Shown here piece by piece: positions 63,460 through 64,000 of a DNA stretch of 64,000 nucleotides; position 1 is the first letter of the stretch; each line of letters starts with the position of its first letter. Made by a program: the position numbers and the translations under genes. The stretch is from Planctomycetota bacterium (GTDB lineage Bacteria > Planctomycetota > UBA1135 > UBA2386): the NCBI GenBank assembly GCA_965228735.1, contig OZ245838.1, forward strand, positions 1,600,001-1,664,000, given 5' to 3'. A model generated the notes under the pieces. It saw nothing but the letters and a program-made list of their open reading frames with translations, ran no database searches and had not been told where the DNA came from.

Positions 63460-63520
63460 GACGCGCAAGAAGTAGTCGGGGCCGTCGACACGGTCAAGCG
63501 CGCCGCGCACTGGCGTGCGA

Positions 63521-64000
63521 TCAGGCGCGCGACCGCGGCAGGTCCGCGAACCCGAACTTCTGATGCAGCACGTCGAAGAAGTGCGTAGAGCCCGGGATCA
63601 GATGACGGAAACGCCACGGTGCCGGCCGCAGCTCGGCCCGGCCGCCGAGCGGGATCGCGAGTTGGACCTGGCCGTCGATCTGACACGAGGCCTGCCGCTT
63701 GAGACCGGTCTCGACGACCTCGATGTCGACGCCGTCCCGCACGGGCATGACGATCGGCCGGGTCGTGAGCGTGTGCGACGCGAGCGGCGACAGCACGAGC
63801 GCGTCCAGGCTCGGCACGAGCACCGGCCCGCCGACCGCCATCGAATAGGCGGTCGAGCCCGACGCCGTTGCCGCGATCAGACCGTCGCCGCGGTACGTCG
63901 CGATGTCGACGTCACCGCGCCAGACCCGCAACCCGATCATCCCGCCGACCGACCGCCTGGTGACGACCGCATCGTTGAGGAATGGCACGGGCTCCGACCG
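63521..64000 (-). CDS. nadK: NAD kinase (3' part; 5' end outside the window)
   Basis: LND, GDGLIAATASGSTAYSMAVGGP, HTLTTRPIV, IDGQ. Confidence 0.92.
   Translation of the reverse strand, partial: RSEPVPFLNDAVVTRRSVGGMIGLRVWRGDVDIATYRGDGLIAATASGSTAYSMAVGGPVLVPSLDALVLSPLASHTLTTRPIVMPVRDGVDIEVVETGLKRQASCQIDGQVQLAIPLGGRAELRPAPWRFRHLIPGSTHFFDVLHQKFGFADLPRSRA

Overview
High-GC bacterial chromosome segment, most likely a deep-branching Planctomycetota (inferred from 16S signatures and a ~109-nt 5S). It holds a complete linked rRNA operon on the minus strand (16S-tRNA-Ile-tRNA-Ala-23S-5S, ~24.6-29.8 kb) and housekeeping genes (hpt, waaF-like, divergent Tex, yciH, arsC, gatCAB, Ski2-like helicase, nadK). 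It also has a coupled methyltransferase/double-ABC/histidine-kinase operon, a SulP/HTH pair and a ~15-kb Wzm/Wzt surface-glycan locus with unusual multidomain enzymes. The standout is a group II intron (4013-6004, minus) inserted in one arm of a 115-bp REP/REPIN-like palindrome. Its predicted EBS1 and EBS2 match the conserved core of that repeat, and an intact second copy (37743-37857) offers two more empty target sites. Other observations: recurrent -10 boxes 6-8 nt before start codons (leaderless mRNAs), a 6S-like ncRNA candidate beside a 6x17-bp array, an Sm/Hfq-like small ORF and an orphan FtsQ-like gene. Start codons were re-picked by eye, and all product calls rest on motif recognition, not database searches.
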